Counted from the first letter of the stretch, positions 1 to 8,893 are shown. The stretch: 56,330 nt of DNA from a candidate division CSSED10-310 bacterium (GCA_003558985.1 PWNJ01000120.1:1-56330); one strand, 5' to 3'. Translations and numbers: made by a program. The notes: generated by a model not told the origin, from the sequence alone.

Positions 1-50
1 AAGCGGTATCTAAACGGTATCTGTGTGTGTTGCCGGCGATTGCGGTTTGG

Positions 51-71
51 AGAGTAGAGAGTAGAGAGTAG
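51..71. repeat. Heptamer tandem repeat (AGAGTAG)x3
   Basis: Three exact copies, flanked by the short inverted pair TGCGGT/ACCGCA. Confidence 0.75.
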
Positions 72-128
72 ACCGCATTGGAACACATGACTATTCTGTT
101 CACTTTTGCTTGTGCTCCAATGCTCTGT

Positions 129-167
129 AAAAAAAACAGCCAGCCATTTCTGGCCGGCGTTTTTTTT
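129..167 (-). terminator. Intrinsic terminator downstream of the tRNA pair (possibly bidirectional)
   Basis: A-run, then imperfect hairpin GCCAGCCA-TTTC-TGGCCGGC, then T-run, directly 3' of tRNA-Glu. Confidence 0.65.
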
Positions 168-168
168 A

Positions 169-241
169 CGTCCCCAACGGGAGTCGAACCCGTGTTGCCG
201 AAGTGAAAGTCCGGTGTCCTAGGCCTCTAGACGATGGGGAC
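169..241 (-). tRNA. tRNA-Glu (anticodon TTC), CCA not encoded
   Basis: Reverse complement has acceptor GTCCCCA/TGGGGAC, D-arm GTCTAGAGGCCTAGGAC, anticodon loop CT-TTC-AC and T-loop GGTTCGACTCC. Confidence 0.96.
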
Positions 242-270
242 CGGATAAACAACCTGCATACCGCGTATGC

Positions 271-343
271 TGAGCGCAGAAGGATTCGAACCTTCGACCC
301 ACGGCTTAAAAGGCCGTTGCTCTACCAACTGAGCTATGCGCCC
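271..343 (-). tRNA. tRNA-Lys (anticodon TTT), CCA not encoded
   Basis: Reverse complement GGGCGCATAGCTCAGTTGGTAGAGC...CT-TTT-AA...GGTTCGAATCC-TTCTGCGCTCA forms a canonical cloverleaf. Confidence 0.96.
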
Positions 344-373
344 CCACCTGTCACTTAAGACAGGCAGCGGCGA

Positions 374-402
374 ATAATAACGACCTCTACCGAGGCTGTC
401 AA
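374..402 (-). promoter_or_regulatory. Sigma70-type promoter of the tRNA operon
   Basis: TTGACA (402-397), 17 bp, TATTAT (379-374), then a GC-rich discriminator typical of stable-RNA promoters. Confidence 0.75.
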
Positions 403-451
403 GCGGATTCTAACAATTTGTTTTTTCAGCGGCAATAAAAAAAGACATCGA

Positions 452-481
452 TTGACAAAAGGCGCGGATTCAGTGTTTATT
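452..481 (+). promoter_or_regulatory. Putative sigma70 promoter divergent from the tRNA promoter
   Basis: TTGACA at 452-457 with a weak -10 (TTTATT) 18 bp downstream, ahead of RBS GGGAGG. Confidence 0.45.
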
Positions 482-498
482 GAACATGGGAGGCGCTC

Positions 499-711
499 AT
501 GTGGACTCATATCATTCTTACCATTGTTGTCGTTACAATTGCCGGCGCAGCGTTCGGAATCACATCACACCTGCTGGGACGCGGAGATAAACGGCCGGGA
601 TGCGGCCGCGGCGATTGCGGAGCCTGCAAAACCGGTTCACCAAATCCTGACTGTACAGCCCCGTTACAATCAGATGAAGCAAACGAAGACAGGAACACCA
701 ATGACAGATAA
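499..711 (+). CDS. Small membrane-anchored Cys-rich protein (FeoB-associated Cys-rich / NqrM-like architecture)
   Basis: Strong RBS GGGAGG; N-terminal hydrophobic helix followed by CGRGDCGAC...C. Confidence 0.65.
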   Translation: MWTHIILTIVVVTIAGAAFGITSHLLGRGDKRPGCGRGDCGACKTGSPNPDCTAPLQSDEANEDRNTNDR

Positions 712-1684
712 TATCTCCAGTTCCGGTAATCCGAAAGCAAACAATATGATCTCTGATAAAAATCTTTATTCCGATATACCGGAAATTGAATCGCGAGTCC
801 TGTCCGTGTTGCCCGCTGTTCTGAAAAACGGTTTTGTACTTGAGGATTTCAAATCACTACCTTATGGTATCCGACTGCTATTCAGAAAAGAAGATTCCAG
901 TGTCGGTGTGACACTGTATTATTCAAAAAAGAAAGGTCATTCCACTGTTTTTGATGCAAAAATACCGAAACAGATTGAGCAGGAACTGCGTTTGCATCTG
1001 ACAGAACAAACTGATTCCAGCCATATCAGCCCGGTGGCAGCGGAACAGGATTTTACTCGCTGGATCGGCTGTGATGAGGGCGGCAAAGGCGCATTTACCG
1101 GGCCTTTGGTGGTGGCGGCATATCTGTGCGATCAGGATCATGCCCGTGATCTGGCCGCAACCGGTATCACCGATTCCAAATCACTGAATGGCGAACGTCT
1201 GATGAAACTGTCACATCAATTGATGAACCGCTATAAAAACCGAATCGGTCTGGTGGAGTTAAAACACGAAACCTACAATCGTCTGTATGCTGATTTTAAA
1301 GAACAAGGCCGCTCACTGAACCATCTGCTGGCCTGGGCCCACGGCAAAGCCGTCGAAAAACTGCTGAAATGGAACCCCGATGCGGTTATTGTGGATCAGT
1401 TTGCATGGCCATCATTTATTCAGCGACGCATGCCGGAGGCGCCGAATCTGATCATTCGCACAAAAGCTGAAAACAATATCGCAGTCGCCGCCGCATCAAT
1501 CGTTGCGGCAGGCCGGTATCTGACTGCCCTGAAATTGTTATCTGAAGAATTGGGTGTTGCGATTCAGCCAGGCGCTGGAGCCAATGCGGATCAATCCGTT
1601 CGCCGGGCTGTTGACCTGCACGGCAATGACATACTTCACCGCCTTGTCAAATTGCATTTCAGAAATATAGAAAAGATTCGATAA
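701..1684 (+). CDS. rnhC: Ribonuclease HIII (type 2 RNase H with N-terminal extension)
   Basis: Motifs WIGCDEGGKG..GPLVVAA, GITDSK, VDQF, KAE...AVAAASI, KLHFRN; start re-called from 452 to ATG 701 (746 is an alternative). Confidence 0.88.
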   Translation: MTDNISSSGNPKANNMISDKNLYSDIPEIESRVLSVLPAVLKNGFVLEDFKSLPYGIRLLFRKEDSSVGVTLYYSKKKGHSTVFDAKIPKQIEQELRLHLTEQTDSSHISPVAAEQDFTRWIGCDEGGKGAFTGPLVVAAYLCDQDHARDLAATGITDSKSLNGERLMKLSHQLMNRYKNRIGLVELKHETYNRLYADFKEQGRSLNHLLAWAHGKAVEKLLKWNPDAVIVDQFAWPSFIQRRMPEAPNLIIRTKAENNIAVAAASIVAAGRYLTALKLLSEELGVAIQPGAGANADQSVRRAVDLHGNDILHRLVKLHFRNIEKIR

Positions 1685-1751
1685 TTATTAAAAAACAGGC
1701 GGTAGAAGGTTGAAGGGCTGCAAAGCGGCCAAAGGACGCGCCAGCGTGTGT

Positions 1752-1906
1752 CACCCTCTCCCTGCGACCTGCGGTCGCTTTCCTTCTCCCAAAATGGGAG
1801 AGGGTTTAAAATCAACAACTTATAAAAGTCTCTCCCCTCGTGGGAGAGACCGCAGTTGTTCCGGAAATGCCGCCAGGCAGAGACGGATTACAACGCGAGA
1901 GAGGGC
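1752..1906. repeat. Palindromic CCCTCTCCC...GGGAGAGGG repeat element (REP/MITE-like)
   Basis: Nested hairpins ACCCTCTCCC..GCGACC/GGTCGC..CTCCCA/TGGGAGAGGGT and GTCTCTCCC-N5-GGGAGAGAC, ending GAGAGAGGG. Confidence 0.65.
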
Positions 1907-1999
1907 ATCATGAGTTATGAAACACTTTGTTTCTTTCTTGGCGTTTAGGTGATTACCTTCGAAAGGTTTGTTGATTTGTGTTGAAACCCAAAAACAAAT

Positions 2000-2107
2000 G
2001 TAGGGGCGTGGTCTCCACGCCCACATCAGGACGCATGAATTATGGTTTAAATCATTGTTATAAAAGGATTTTGCCGACCGGTGAGGGCGCGGCGACCGCG
2101 CCCCTAC
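2000..2107. repeat. REPIN-like doublet, copy 1 (GTAG-family REPs in inverted orientation)
   Basis: GTAGGGGCGTGG-TCT-CCACGCCC at the left end and GGGCGCGGCGACCGCGCCCCTAC at the right end. Confidence 0.75.
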
Positions 2108-2135
2108 CCTTTGACATTGAACCTTGAACCGGCCC

Positions 2136-2244
2136 GCAGGGGCATTCGGCGAACGCCCTCAAAAGAACGCGTGATTTATGGTATAAATCGTTGATATAAA
2201 AACGTTTTTGCCGACCGGTGAGGGCGCGGAAACCACGCCCCTAC
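2136..2244. repeat. REPIN-like doublet, copy 2 (diverged)
   Basis: GCAGGGGCATTCGGCGAACGCCC ... GGGCGCGGAAACCACGCCCCTAC; spacer clearly homologous to copy 1 (TTATGGT.TAAATC.TTG.TATAAAA...TTTTGCCGACCGGTGAGGGCGCGG). Confidence 0.72.
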
Positions 2245-2269
2245 CCTTTCCCCTTTTCACCCTTTCTCC

Positions 2270-3346
2270 CTATCGGCTGCGAAGCAGCCCAGCGGCCGAA
2301 GGCCGCGCCGCGTTGACCAGTATTAAAATCAGAAGAATTCCTGCCACTGTTTCCCACAGCGCCAGTTGATCATCCGCACAAATCTGATGAACATACTCAA
2401 ACTGAGTGCTGATCAGGTAATCGGCCGCCAATCCGGATAACAACGCGAAAACCGCCACTACAATCAAATAGATTATAGCGGTTCTTCGTCCCATGACTTT
2501 CCATATTGTTGAAATAGTCGCCGCATTGGTCGCCGGTCCGGTAATCAGAAATACAAGCGCAGCGCCCGGACTGATTCCTTTCATAATCAACGCTGCCGCA
2601 ACCGGAATAGACGATGTTGCACACACATATATCGGTATCCCGATGATCATCATGAACAGCATTTGCATCAAAACACCTCCGGGGATTTTCTGCAGTAACT
2701 CCGGAGGTACATACGCTCCGATAAGTCCGGCCAGAATAACCCCAATCGTCAAAGCCCGTCCAATATCCCGGGGTAGCGAATAGAAGCTGTATGTCATGAT
2801 TTTGCTAAACGGTTTTTCCACTGTGTTTTGATCGCTGTCCACCAGAGTGGCAGACGCGTCGGTTTTATCAATACATGCGTCGTCTGACATATCAGGATTC
2901 TGTATTGTACCGGATGAGTCGGTTTCAGAGGATTCCGATTTGTCCCTGTCAAAAATACTGACAATAATACCGCCGGCAATCCCGGTTATCATGGCGGCTA
3001 TAGGGCGAAACAACGCAAAAAAACCGCCCATCAGACTGTAGGTCACAGCAATACTGTCCACTCCTGTTTGAGGTGTCGCCAATAGAAATGCCGTTGTCGC
3101 ACCTTTGCCGGCCCCGCGCAAACGAAGTGATGCAGCGACAGGGATGACACCACAGGAACACAGCGGCAGCGGAACACCCAGAAATGTTGTCTTGACAATA
3201 GACGATATCCGGTTTTTACCTAAATGTTTGCGCACAAATGATGGTTTGATAAATACATACAAAATGCCAGCAACAACAAATCCGAACAACAAAAATGGCG
3301 CCATCTGTCCCCACACAAGCCAAATATGCTTCAACAGATCCGTCAT
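2270..3346 (-). CDS. DUF318/ArsP-family permease (SO_0444-like metal efflux transporter)
   Basis: Two hydrophobic halves with PLPLCSCGVIP, ATPQTGVDSI and PIYVCAT..P, GPATN motifs, joined by an acidic linker. Confidence 0.85.
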   Translation of the reverse strand: MTDLLKHIWLVWGQMAPFLLFGFVVAGILYVFIKPSFVRKHLGKNRISSIVKTTFLGVPLPLCSCGVIPVAASLRLRGAGKGATTAFLLATPQTGVDSIAVTYSLMGGFFALFRPIAAMITGIAGGIIVSIFDRDKSESSETDSSGTIQNPDMSDDACIDKTDASATLVDSDQNTVEKPFSKIMTYSFYSLPRDIGRALTIGVILAGLIGAYVPPELLQKIPGGVLMQMLFMMIIGIPIYVCATSSIPVAAALIMKGISPGAALVFLITGPATNAATISTIWKVMGRRTAIIYLIVVAVFALLSGLAADYLISTQFEYVHQICADDQLALWETVAGILLILILVNAARPSAAGLLRSR

Positions 3347-3497
3347 TTTAAAATGTTGCCTTTCTTCATGTCTGCCAAAACTCCATTAATTAGGTGTCTG
3401 ATTCAGGTTTCAGGTTACAAAGTTTACGTGTATATGTTTCGTTATTCGGCGAATATGATATAGTAGCCATCAGACGAAACCTGACGGAGTGCAAGGT

Positions 3498-6400
3498 ATG
3501 ACAGATTCTGAAAAAATTCAATCCGATGCGCGGTTAGCTAACGAACCCGGCGGTCGTATTCCTGATCCGGAACTGCCCGAAGAACAACAGCATCTGCTGC
3601 AGATAACCGAAAACGCACATGGAGTCAGAAAACGGCTGAAGAATTTTTTCTGGGAATTACATCATCCCTTCTCAAATGCTGATCAGACCGTCAAACTGCT
3701 TAGAGATTCCGTGTTGAATGATCTGTGGTTTTTTATAAATCACAAAGACAGTGTAAAAGCCATGCAGACCATTATGGAGGTTTTTAACAGGATACTGGAC
3801 AGAAAACTGACGGATTTGCTCAAAGAACGCCTGATCACAACGCTCGTTGATTTGATGGACAGTTTATACGAACAGGATTCGCGTGATTTTGACAAGGTGC
3901 TGGATCAGGGACTTGAAACCCTGGAAAGGCATTGTCAAAGTTCTTACAGGTTGTTCTGTCGATCATCACGCTTGTTAAAAGCTGTCAAGACAACATTTGC
4001 ATCAGACCCTCGCTGGCGTGACCGTTGGTTTTTTATGCTGAAAAAAGCGCTCCAAACAAATGTACGTTTTTGGAAAAACTCCTCGGAATATGATTCATGG
4101 ATGAATGAATGGGTCATTGTTACTCATTCCGATTTATCGTTTTTATCTGATCATTTGGGAGATGCATATTTTACAGGTATTGAATCCGGTATCGATAAAG
4201 CTGTAACCTGGAACGATCTTGTTGAAATACAGGACTGGATTGATATTTCTGATCACTTTCGCAAATCGATGCAATTGATACGCAATCCGCTGGACAAAAC
4301 CTATTTTGTGTTATATCTGCTGAAACATTCCGGAATGGTGTATGAAAGAGACACGTTGATTCGTGATTTGAACAGGGTGATTCAAACAATTCATGACGAG
4401 ATTCGTGATGAAGAAGTTACCGGGTTTATTGACCGGTTGTTTGAGTTTTTTGAGCGACTGAAAACGGATTATATGGGAACAGTTCTGGATTGCATTCTGA
4501 CACTTGGAAAAGCCGTGTTTGCTCGTGAAAGCAGGTTAAGCGCAGAACATTTTATCGACAAGGTCATTCATTTCGGATTTGTGCCGCCCAAACATATAAA
4601 TGAGGCCAGAAGCTGGCAATCAGAGACCGATCCAAATCATATCAAGTGTTTGCGCGTATGGCTCGAGATAATCGAATGTGAGCCGGCGCGATGTTTGAAA
4701 CTGATTATAGCCCTTATTGTCAACATTCGAATAAAAAAACTGTTCATCGCCGATACAGATTTGTTTCAACGTGATGTTACAAACCTGTTGAATGCACCAA
4801 TTGAACCGGTATATCAGGCTGTCAGGGAGCTTGCCAGATTGTTTCCGGTTTATTTTAACGAGATTGGAGCTGAGGGTGTTCTTCGGGTGGTGACCACACG
4901 TATTGATGAAGAATCCGGACGGCAGGACCGGTTGATACATTATTTACGCAAGCAGATACATACGGAAAGTAATAATACCCATATACTGCTGGTCAAGGAT
5001 ATTGCCCGGTTCTGGTATAATGGTGATCCTGCCGTACTGAAGCGGCAGGTGCCTGCTGATGTGGCTTGTGAGCTGGCGGCATCCGGTAAATGGTTTGAAC
5101 CGGTACATCAGGCTATTCGGACTGTATGCAAACGGTTTGGTGTAACCCCTGAAAAAAGTCTGATGCTTGATCCGGATAAAGTGCATAAATATCTTGAATC
5201 TGTTGAGAAAAAAGATCCTCAAAACCGTGATATTTTCCGGCTGGTCAAACTGATCGAATTGCACCAGTTGCTTGAAGCAAAATATTCGTTGAATGATTAT
5301 CGTATTCTGGAACTGCTCAAACACGATCCGGCCATGCAGCATAAAGCTCAAAGATTGGAAAATATGCTGGCTAAAAATAATGTTGATGCCGCCTTGCACC
5401 TGGTGTTCGGTTTGCTTCAGCAGCTACGTAAAACGATTTTGAACCCGGAACAGATGCAGCCAACCGAATCCATTTATCAGAAAAGGCATATCGCTGTCGG
5501 TATTCCGTCTATGTATGGCCGGTATGCCGAACCAAAATTTGAAGCTCTTGGCCTTTCATTCCGACTGGAAGCGCTGGCATCCAATCTGATGGCACAGGTC
5601 ATTCAAAACATAAATCTGAAATACATTAGCGCATGGACTCTAAGACGAATTGTACAGGTTTTATCCTATTTCCAGACCGGGTTTCGAATGACCGGTATTG
5701 TCAATGAAGGTTTTAACACGAATATCCGAATGCTGAACGACAGTCTGGAAACAACTTCTTTCAGTATTTCGCAATATCTGAATCTGTTTCAGTTTCTTAT
5801 GAGAAGTGTGCGTCAGATTATTCAGTCGTACTGTATTCGACCCTTTGAACAGGTGCTTCGGGATGTTCTTATCAAACAATACCAGGATATATATGGTGTT
5901 GAACCCGGTCCTCGTCATGTCAGAGAACTGCATGGACAGGCAGAAATATTTTACCGGGATGTGCTTGGTGAGACGTTTTTGATATCGCAACTGGACACTC
6001 TGATAAGCCGAATTTTGGACACCCTTAACCGAATGTCATCAACAATGGAACCGGAAATTATCGATGGTGTTATGACATTCGATCCGGATTTAATGACAAG
6101 TTCAATACATGAAGCAGATCATGCTCTGGACAGCCAGATTTTTCTGGGAGCAAAAGGATATTTTCTTAAACGTCTTCATACGTTTCATTTCCCCGTTCCA
6201 AACGGATTTGTGTTAACAACGGAGATGTACCGAAGACGTGTTGCTATATCCAGATATCCGGAAATTTTTCACGAAGTGTTTGGACTCATTAAACGCCGTA
6301 TCGCTGAACTGGAATCACGAACCGGAAAACTTTTTGGAGACCCTTTGAATCCTCTGCTGCTGTCCGTCAGATCAGGAGCAGCCATATCTTTGCCAGGCGC

Positions 6401-7637
6401 CATGACAACCTTTCTGAATGTTGGACTTAATGACAACATAGTCGAAAAACTCAGTTGTCAGCCAAATTACGGATGGACATCATGGGATTGTTATCGCAGG
6501 TTTTTACAAACATGGGGTATGGCCTACGGTATCAATCGAGACAAGTTTGACCAGTTAATCATTGAATTCAAAAAACGCTACAATGTTGAAGAAAAAATGA
6601 TGTTTACCAATGAACAGATGCGAACCATAGCGCTTGCATACAAAGATGTGTTAACCGAACATGGTATCAAGTTTGAGGAAGACCCGTTTCGACAGATCAT
6701 GCAGGCAATTATGGTTGTAATGGATTCCTGGAACACTGATCGCGCCAGAATATATCAGAAATATCTTCAGATTTCGGCTGACTGGGGAACAGCAGTTATT
6801 GTACAGCAAATGGTTCTGGGAAACATCAATGTGGATTCAGGTACTGGTGTTGTGTTCACACATGATCCGTTAATACGGGAGCCGGGCATACATCTGTATG
6901 GTGATTTTACCTTATGCAGCCAGGGTGAAGATGTTGTCGCAGGACTGGTGCATACTTTGCCCATTTCCGAACACCAAAGAAAACGGTCTCCGCAAAAAAA
7001 GGGTACTTCCGATGAAATCGAATTATCGCTTGAAAAAGATTTTCCTGAAATATACCGCGAACTGCTGAAACGGGCCAGACAACTTGTATACACTTATGGT
7101 TTTGGACATCAGGAAATTGAGTTTACGTTTGAAACCGCCGCAAAAGATGATTTGTATATTTTGCAGACCCGTGATCATTCATGGGGCAGAGACGATAAAA
7201 TACCTGTATTTCGTGATGCTGACATATTCGATAACATATTAGGGACTGGTATTGGTATCAGTAAAGGGGCTATGAATGGAGTTGTTGTCTTTGATCAGGA
7301 AGACCTGAAACAGTACAAAAACATGGATTCAGGCACAAAACGGATATTGGTCAGACCCGATACTGTTCCGGATGATATCGGTATGATCTTTGACTGTGAT
7401 GGGCTGTTGACTGCTCGCGGCGGCGCCGCATCACATGCGGCTGTCACAGCCGTTCGCCTGGGAAAAACATGTGTGGTCAACTGTAAAATGCTGACTGTTC
7501 TTGAAAAAGAAAAACGCTGTTTAATCAATGGAACCGAATTACGATCAGGTGACAGGATTGCTATTGACGGGCGATCAGGTCATATTTATAAAGGTCATTA
7601 TTCAATTGAAATGGCAGCTCCGCTTGAGTTGCCATGA
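3498..7637 (+). CDS. Large PPDK-like dikinase: ~870-aa unknown N-terminal region, ATP-grasp domain and phospho-His swivel domain; no pyruvate-binding barrel
   Basis: LGAKG, PVPNGFVLTT, LLSVRSGA, YRRFLQ, QQMVLGN..SGTGVVFT, QGEDVVAG, EIEFT, LQTR, then LTARGGAASHAAV; the protein ends after the swivel domain. Confidence 0.85.
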   Translation: MTDSEKIQSDARLANEPGGRIPDPELPEEQQHLLQITENAHGVRKRLKNFFWELHHPFSNADQTVKLLRDSVLNDLWFFINHKDSVKAMQTIMEVFNRILDRKLTDLLKERLITTLVDLMDSLYEQDSRDFDKVLDQGLETLERHCQSSYRLFCRSSRLLKAVKTTFASDPRWRDRWFFMLKKALQTNVRFWKNSSEYDSWMNEWVIVTHSDLSFLSDHLGDAYFTGIESGIDKAVTWNDLVEIQDWIDISDHFRKSMQLIRNPLDKTYFVLYLLKHSGMVYERDTLIRDLNRVIQTIHDEIRDEEVTGFIDRLFEFFERLKTDYMGTVLDCILTLGKAVFARESRLSAEHFIDKVIHFGFVPPKHINEARSWQSETDPNHIKCLRVWLEIIECEPARCLKLIIALIVNIRIKKLFIADTDLFQRDVTNLLNAPIEPVYQAVRELARLFPVYFNEIGAEGVLRVVTTRIDEESGRQDRLIHYLRKQIHTESNNTHILLVKDIARFWYNGDPAVLKRQVPADVACELAASGKWFEPVHQAIRTVCKRFGVTPEKSLMLDPDKVHKYLESVEKKDPQNRDIFRLVKLIELHQLLEAKYSLNDYRILELLKHDPAMQHKAQRLENMLAKNNVDAALHLVFGLLQQLRKTILNPEQMQPTESIYQKRHIAVGIPSMYGRYAEPKFEALGLSFRLEALASNLMAQVIQNINLKYISAWTLRRIVQVLSYFQTGFRMTGIVNEGFNTNIRMLNDSLETTSFSISQYLNLFQFLMRSVRQIIQSYCIRPFEQVLRDVLIKQYQDIYGVEPGPRHVRELHGQAEIFYRDVLGETFLISQLDTLISRILDTLNRMSSTMEPEIIDGVMTFDPDLMTSSIHEADHALDSQIFLGAKGYFLKRLHTFHFPVPNGFVLTTEMYRRRVAISRYPEIFHEVFGLIKRRIAELESRTGKLFGDPLNPLLLSVRSGAAISLPGAMTTFLNVGLNDNIVEKLSCQPNYGWTSWDCYRRFLQTWGMAYGINRDKFDQLIIEFKKRYNVEEKMMFTNEQMRTIALAYKDVLTEHGIKFEEDPFRQIMQAIMVVMDSWNTDRARIYQKYLQISADWGTAVIVQQMVLGNINVDSGTGVVFTHDPLIREPGIHLYGDFTLCSQGEDVVAGLVHTLPISEHQRKRSPQKKGTSDEIELSLEKDFPEIYRELLKRARQLVYTYGFGHQEIEFTFETAAKDDLYILQTRDHSWGRDDKIPVFRDADIFDNILGTGIGISKGAMNGVVVFDQEDLKQYKNMDSGTKRILVRPDTVPDDIGMIFDCDGLLTARGGAASHAAVTAVRLGKTCVVNCKMLTVLEKEKRCLINGTELRSGDRIAIDGRSGHIYKGHYSIEMAAPLELP

Positions 7638-7648
7638 AGGAGGATTTT

Positions 7649-8893
7649 ATGAAATCAGGCAGCAGGAATTATTTAGGTATTAACGGTGCAGGCCGAATAG
7701 GCAAATTAACATTATGGCACCATATTCTTCGGGGTTATTTTCCCGGTATCGTTATTAATTTTGGGCGCGAAGTCGGAAAAAGTCTGGAAGATGCCGTGCA
7801 TTCACTTTGTTCCGATTCAACCTACGGACCTGTTGAAAAATTTCTTTATGGCATCAATGCCGAAAGAAAAATTTCGATTGTTGACAAAGATCAGGGGTTG
7901 ATAGACATGTTTGGAACCCCGGTAAAAATTTTGCGTGAAGCAAGAAACCCGGCTGAAATTGGCTGGCATCGTGACAATATTCAGCTTGTCATTGATACAA
8001 CCGGTAAATTTTCTGATCCAACAACGACTGCTGATAACTCGTCCGGAAGTCTTCGCGGACATCTTGAAGCCGGCGCAAAAGTCGTTATAAACAGAGCACC
8101 ATTTAAAATAAAGGATAAAACAAAATCCGAACCGGACGATACGGCAATGCTGATATACGGTATCAATCACACAGAATACAGACCGGGTATTCACAGAGTT
8201 CTGTCGGCAGCATCCTGCACTACCACCGGTCTGGCTCATATGATCAAACCACTTCTGGATACCGAAGAAACATCCAAAATACTGACAGCATCCATGTCCA
8301 CCATCCATGCCGCTACCAACACCCAAAGTGTACTGGACAGTGTTGCCAAAACAAAAGCGACCGATTTGAGAAAAAACCGGTCTATAATGAACAACATTAT
8401 TCTGTCGACAACAGGAGCTGCAAAAGCGCTTGAAAAAGTTTTGCCGGAGATTAAACGCGTCGGTTTCATGGCTGACTCGGTTCGAATACCAACAAACACC
8501 GTATCTCTGATCAATCTGAATGTAACATTTCATACAGCGCTGGATGACAATTTTGAACCCGTCATCAATCGGCCGTTTCTGAATGATATTTACCGAAATG
8601 CCGCCAATGGGGCTCATAAAGGTCAAATGGTCTTTTCAGAAACACAAAATGTCAGCGCGGACCTGATCGGCGTGCCAGCCGCCGTCATTATCGAAGGCAA
8701 TGATACACATACACGCACTGGATTTGTTGAAATTGGATGCGAAATGCTGGAATCACAGGGAGTATGTTGCGAAAAACCTGTTCGATTGCCGGTCACACAT
8801 GCAAAAATATTCGGCTGGTACGACAATGAATACGGCAGCTATACTTGCGCTTTGGGCGATCTGACCGAATATGTTGACCAAAAAATGGCATGA
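7649..8893 (+). CDS. gap: Divergent type I glyceraldehyde-3-phosphate dehydrogenase family protein
   Basis: GINGAGRIG, ASCTT (catalytic Cys), TIHA (His), TTGAAKA, RIPT, WYDNE; RBS AAGGAGG supports ATG 7649. Confidence 0.85.
   Translation: MKSGSRNYLGINGAGRIGKLTLWHHILRGYFPGIVINFGREVGKSLEDAVHSLCSDSTYGPVEKFLYGINAERKISIVDKDQGLIDMFGTPVKILREARNPAEIGWHRDNIQLVIDTTGKFSDPTTTADNSSGSLRGHLEAGAKVVINRAPFKIKDKTKSEPDDTAMLIYGINHTEYRPGIHRVLSAASCTTTGLAHMIKPLLDTEETSKILTASMSTIHAATNTQSVLDSVAKTKATDLRKNRSIMNNIILSTTGAAKALEKVLPEIKRVGFMADSVRIPTNTVSLINLNVTFHTALDDNFEPVINRPFLNDIYRNAANGAHKGQMVFSETQNVSADLIGVPAAVIIEGNDTHTRTGFVEIGCEMLESQGVCCEKPVRLPVTHAKIFGWYDNEYGSYTCALGDLTEYVDQKMA

Noticed and set aside
452-700. N-terminal 83 aa of the 410-aa ORF call
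   Set aside because: The TTG start is the -35 hexamer TTGACA, and the region is better explained by the RBS-supported ORF 499..711
1636-2026. Short ORFs across the repeat island
   Set aside because: They are translations of palindromic repeats, with no RBS or protein-like features
7817-8626. 269-aa antisense ORF and many other 60-200 aa shadow ORFs
   Set aside because: They lie opposite or inside well-supported genes and have no recognisable motifs
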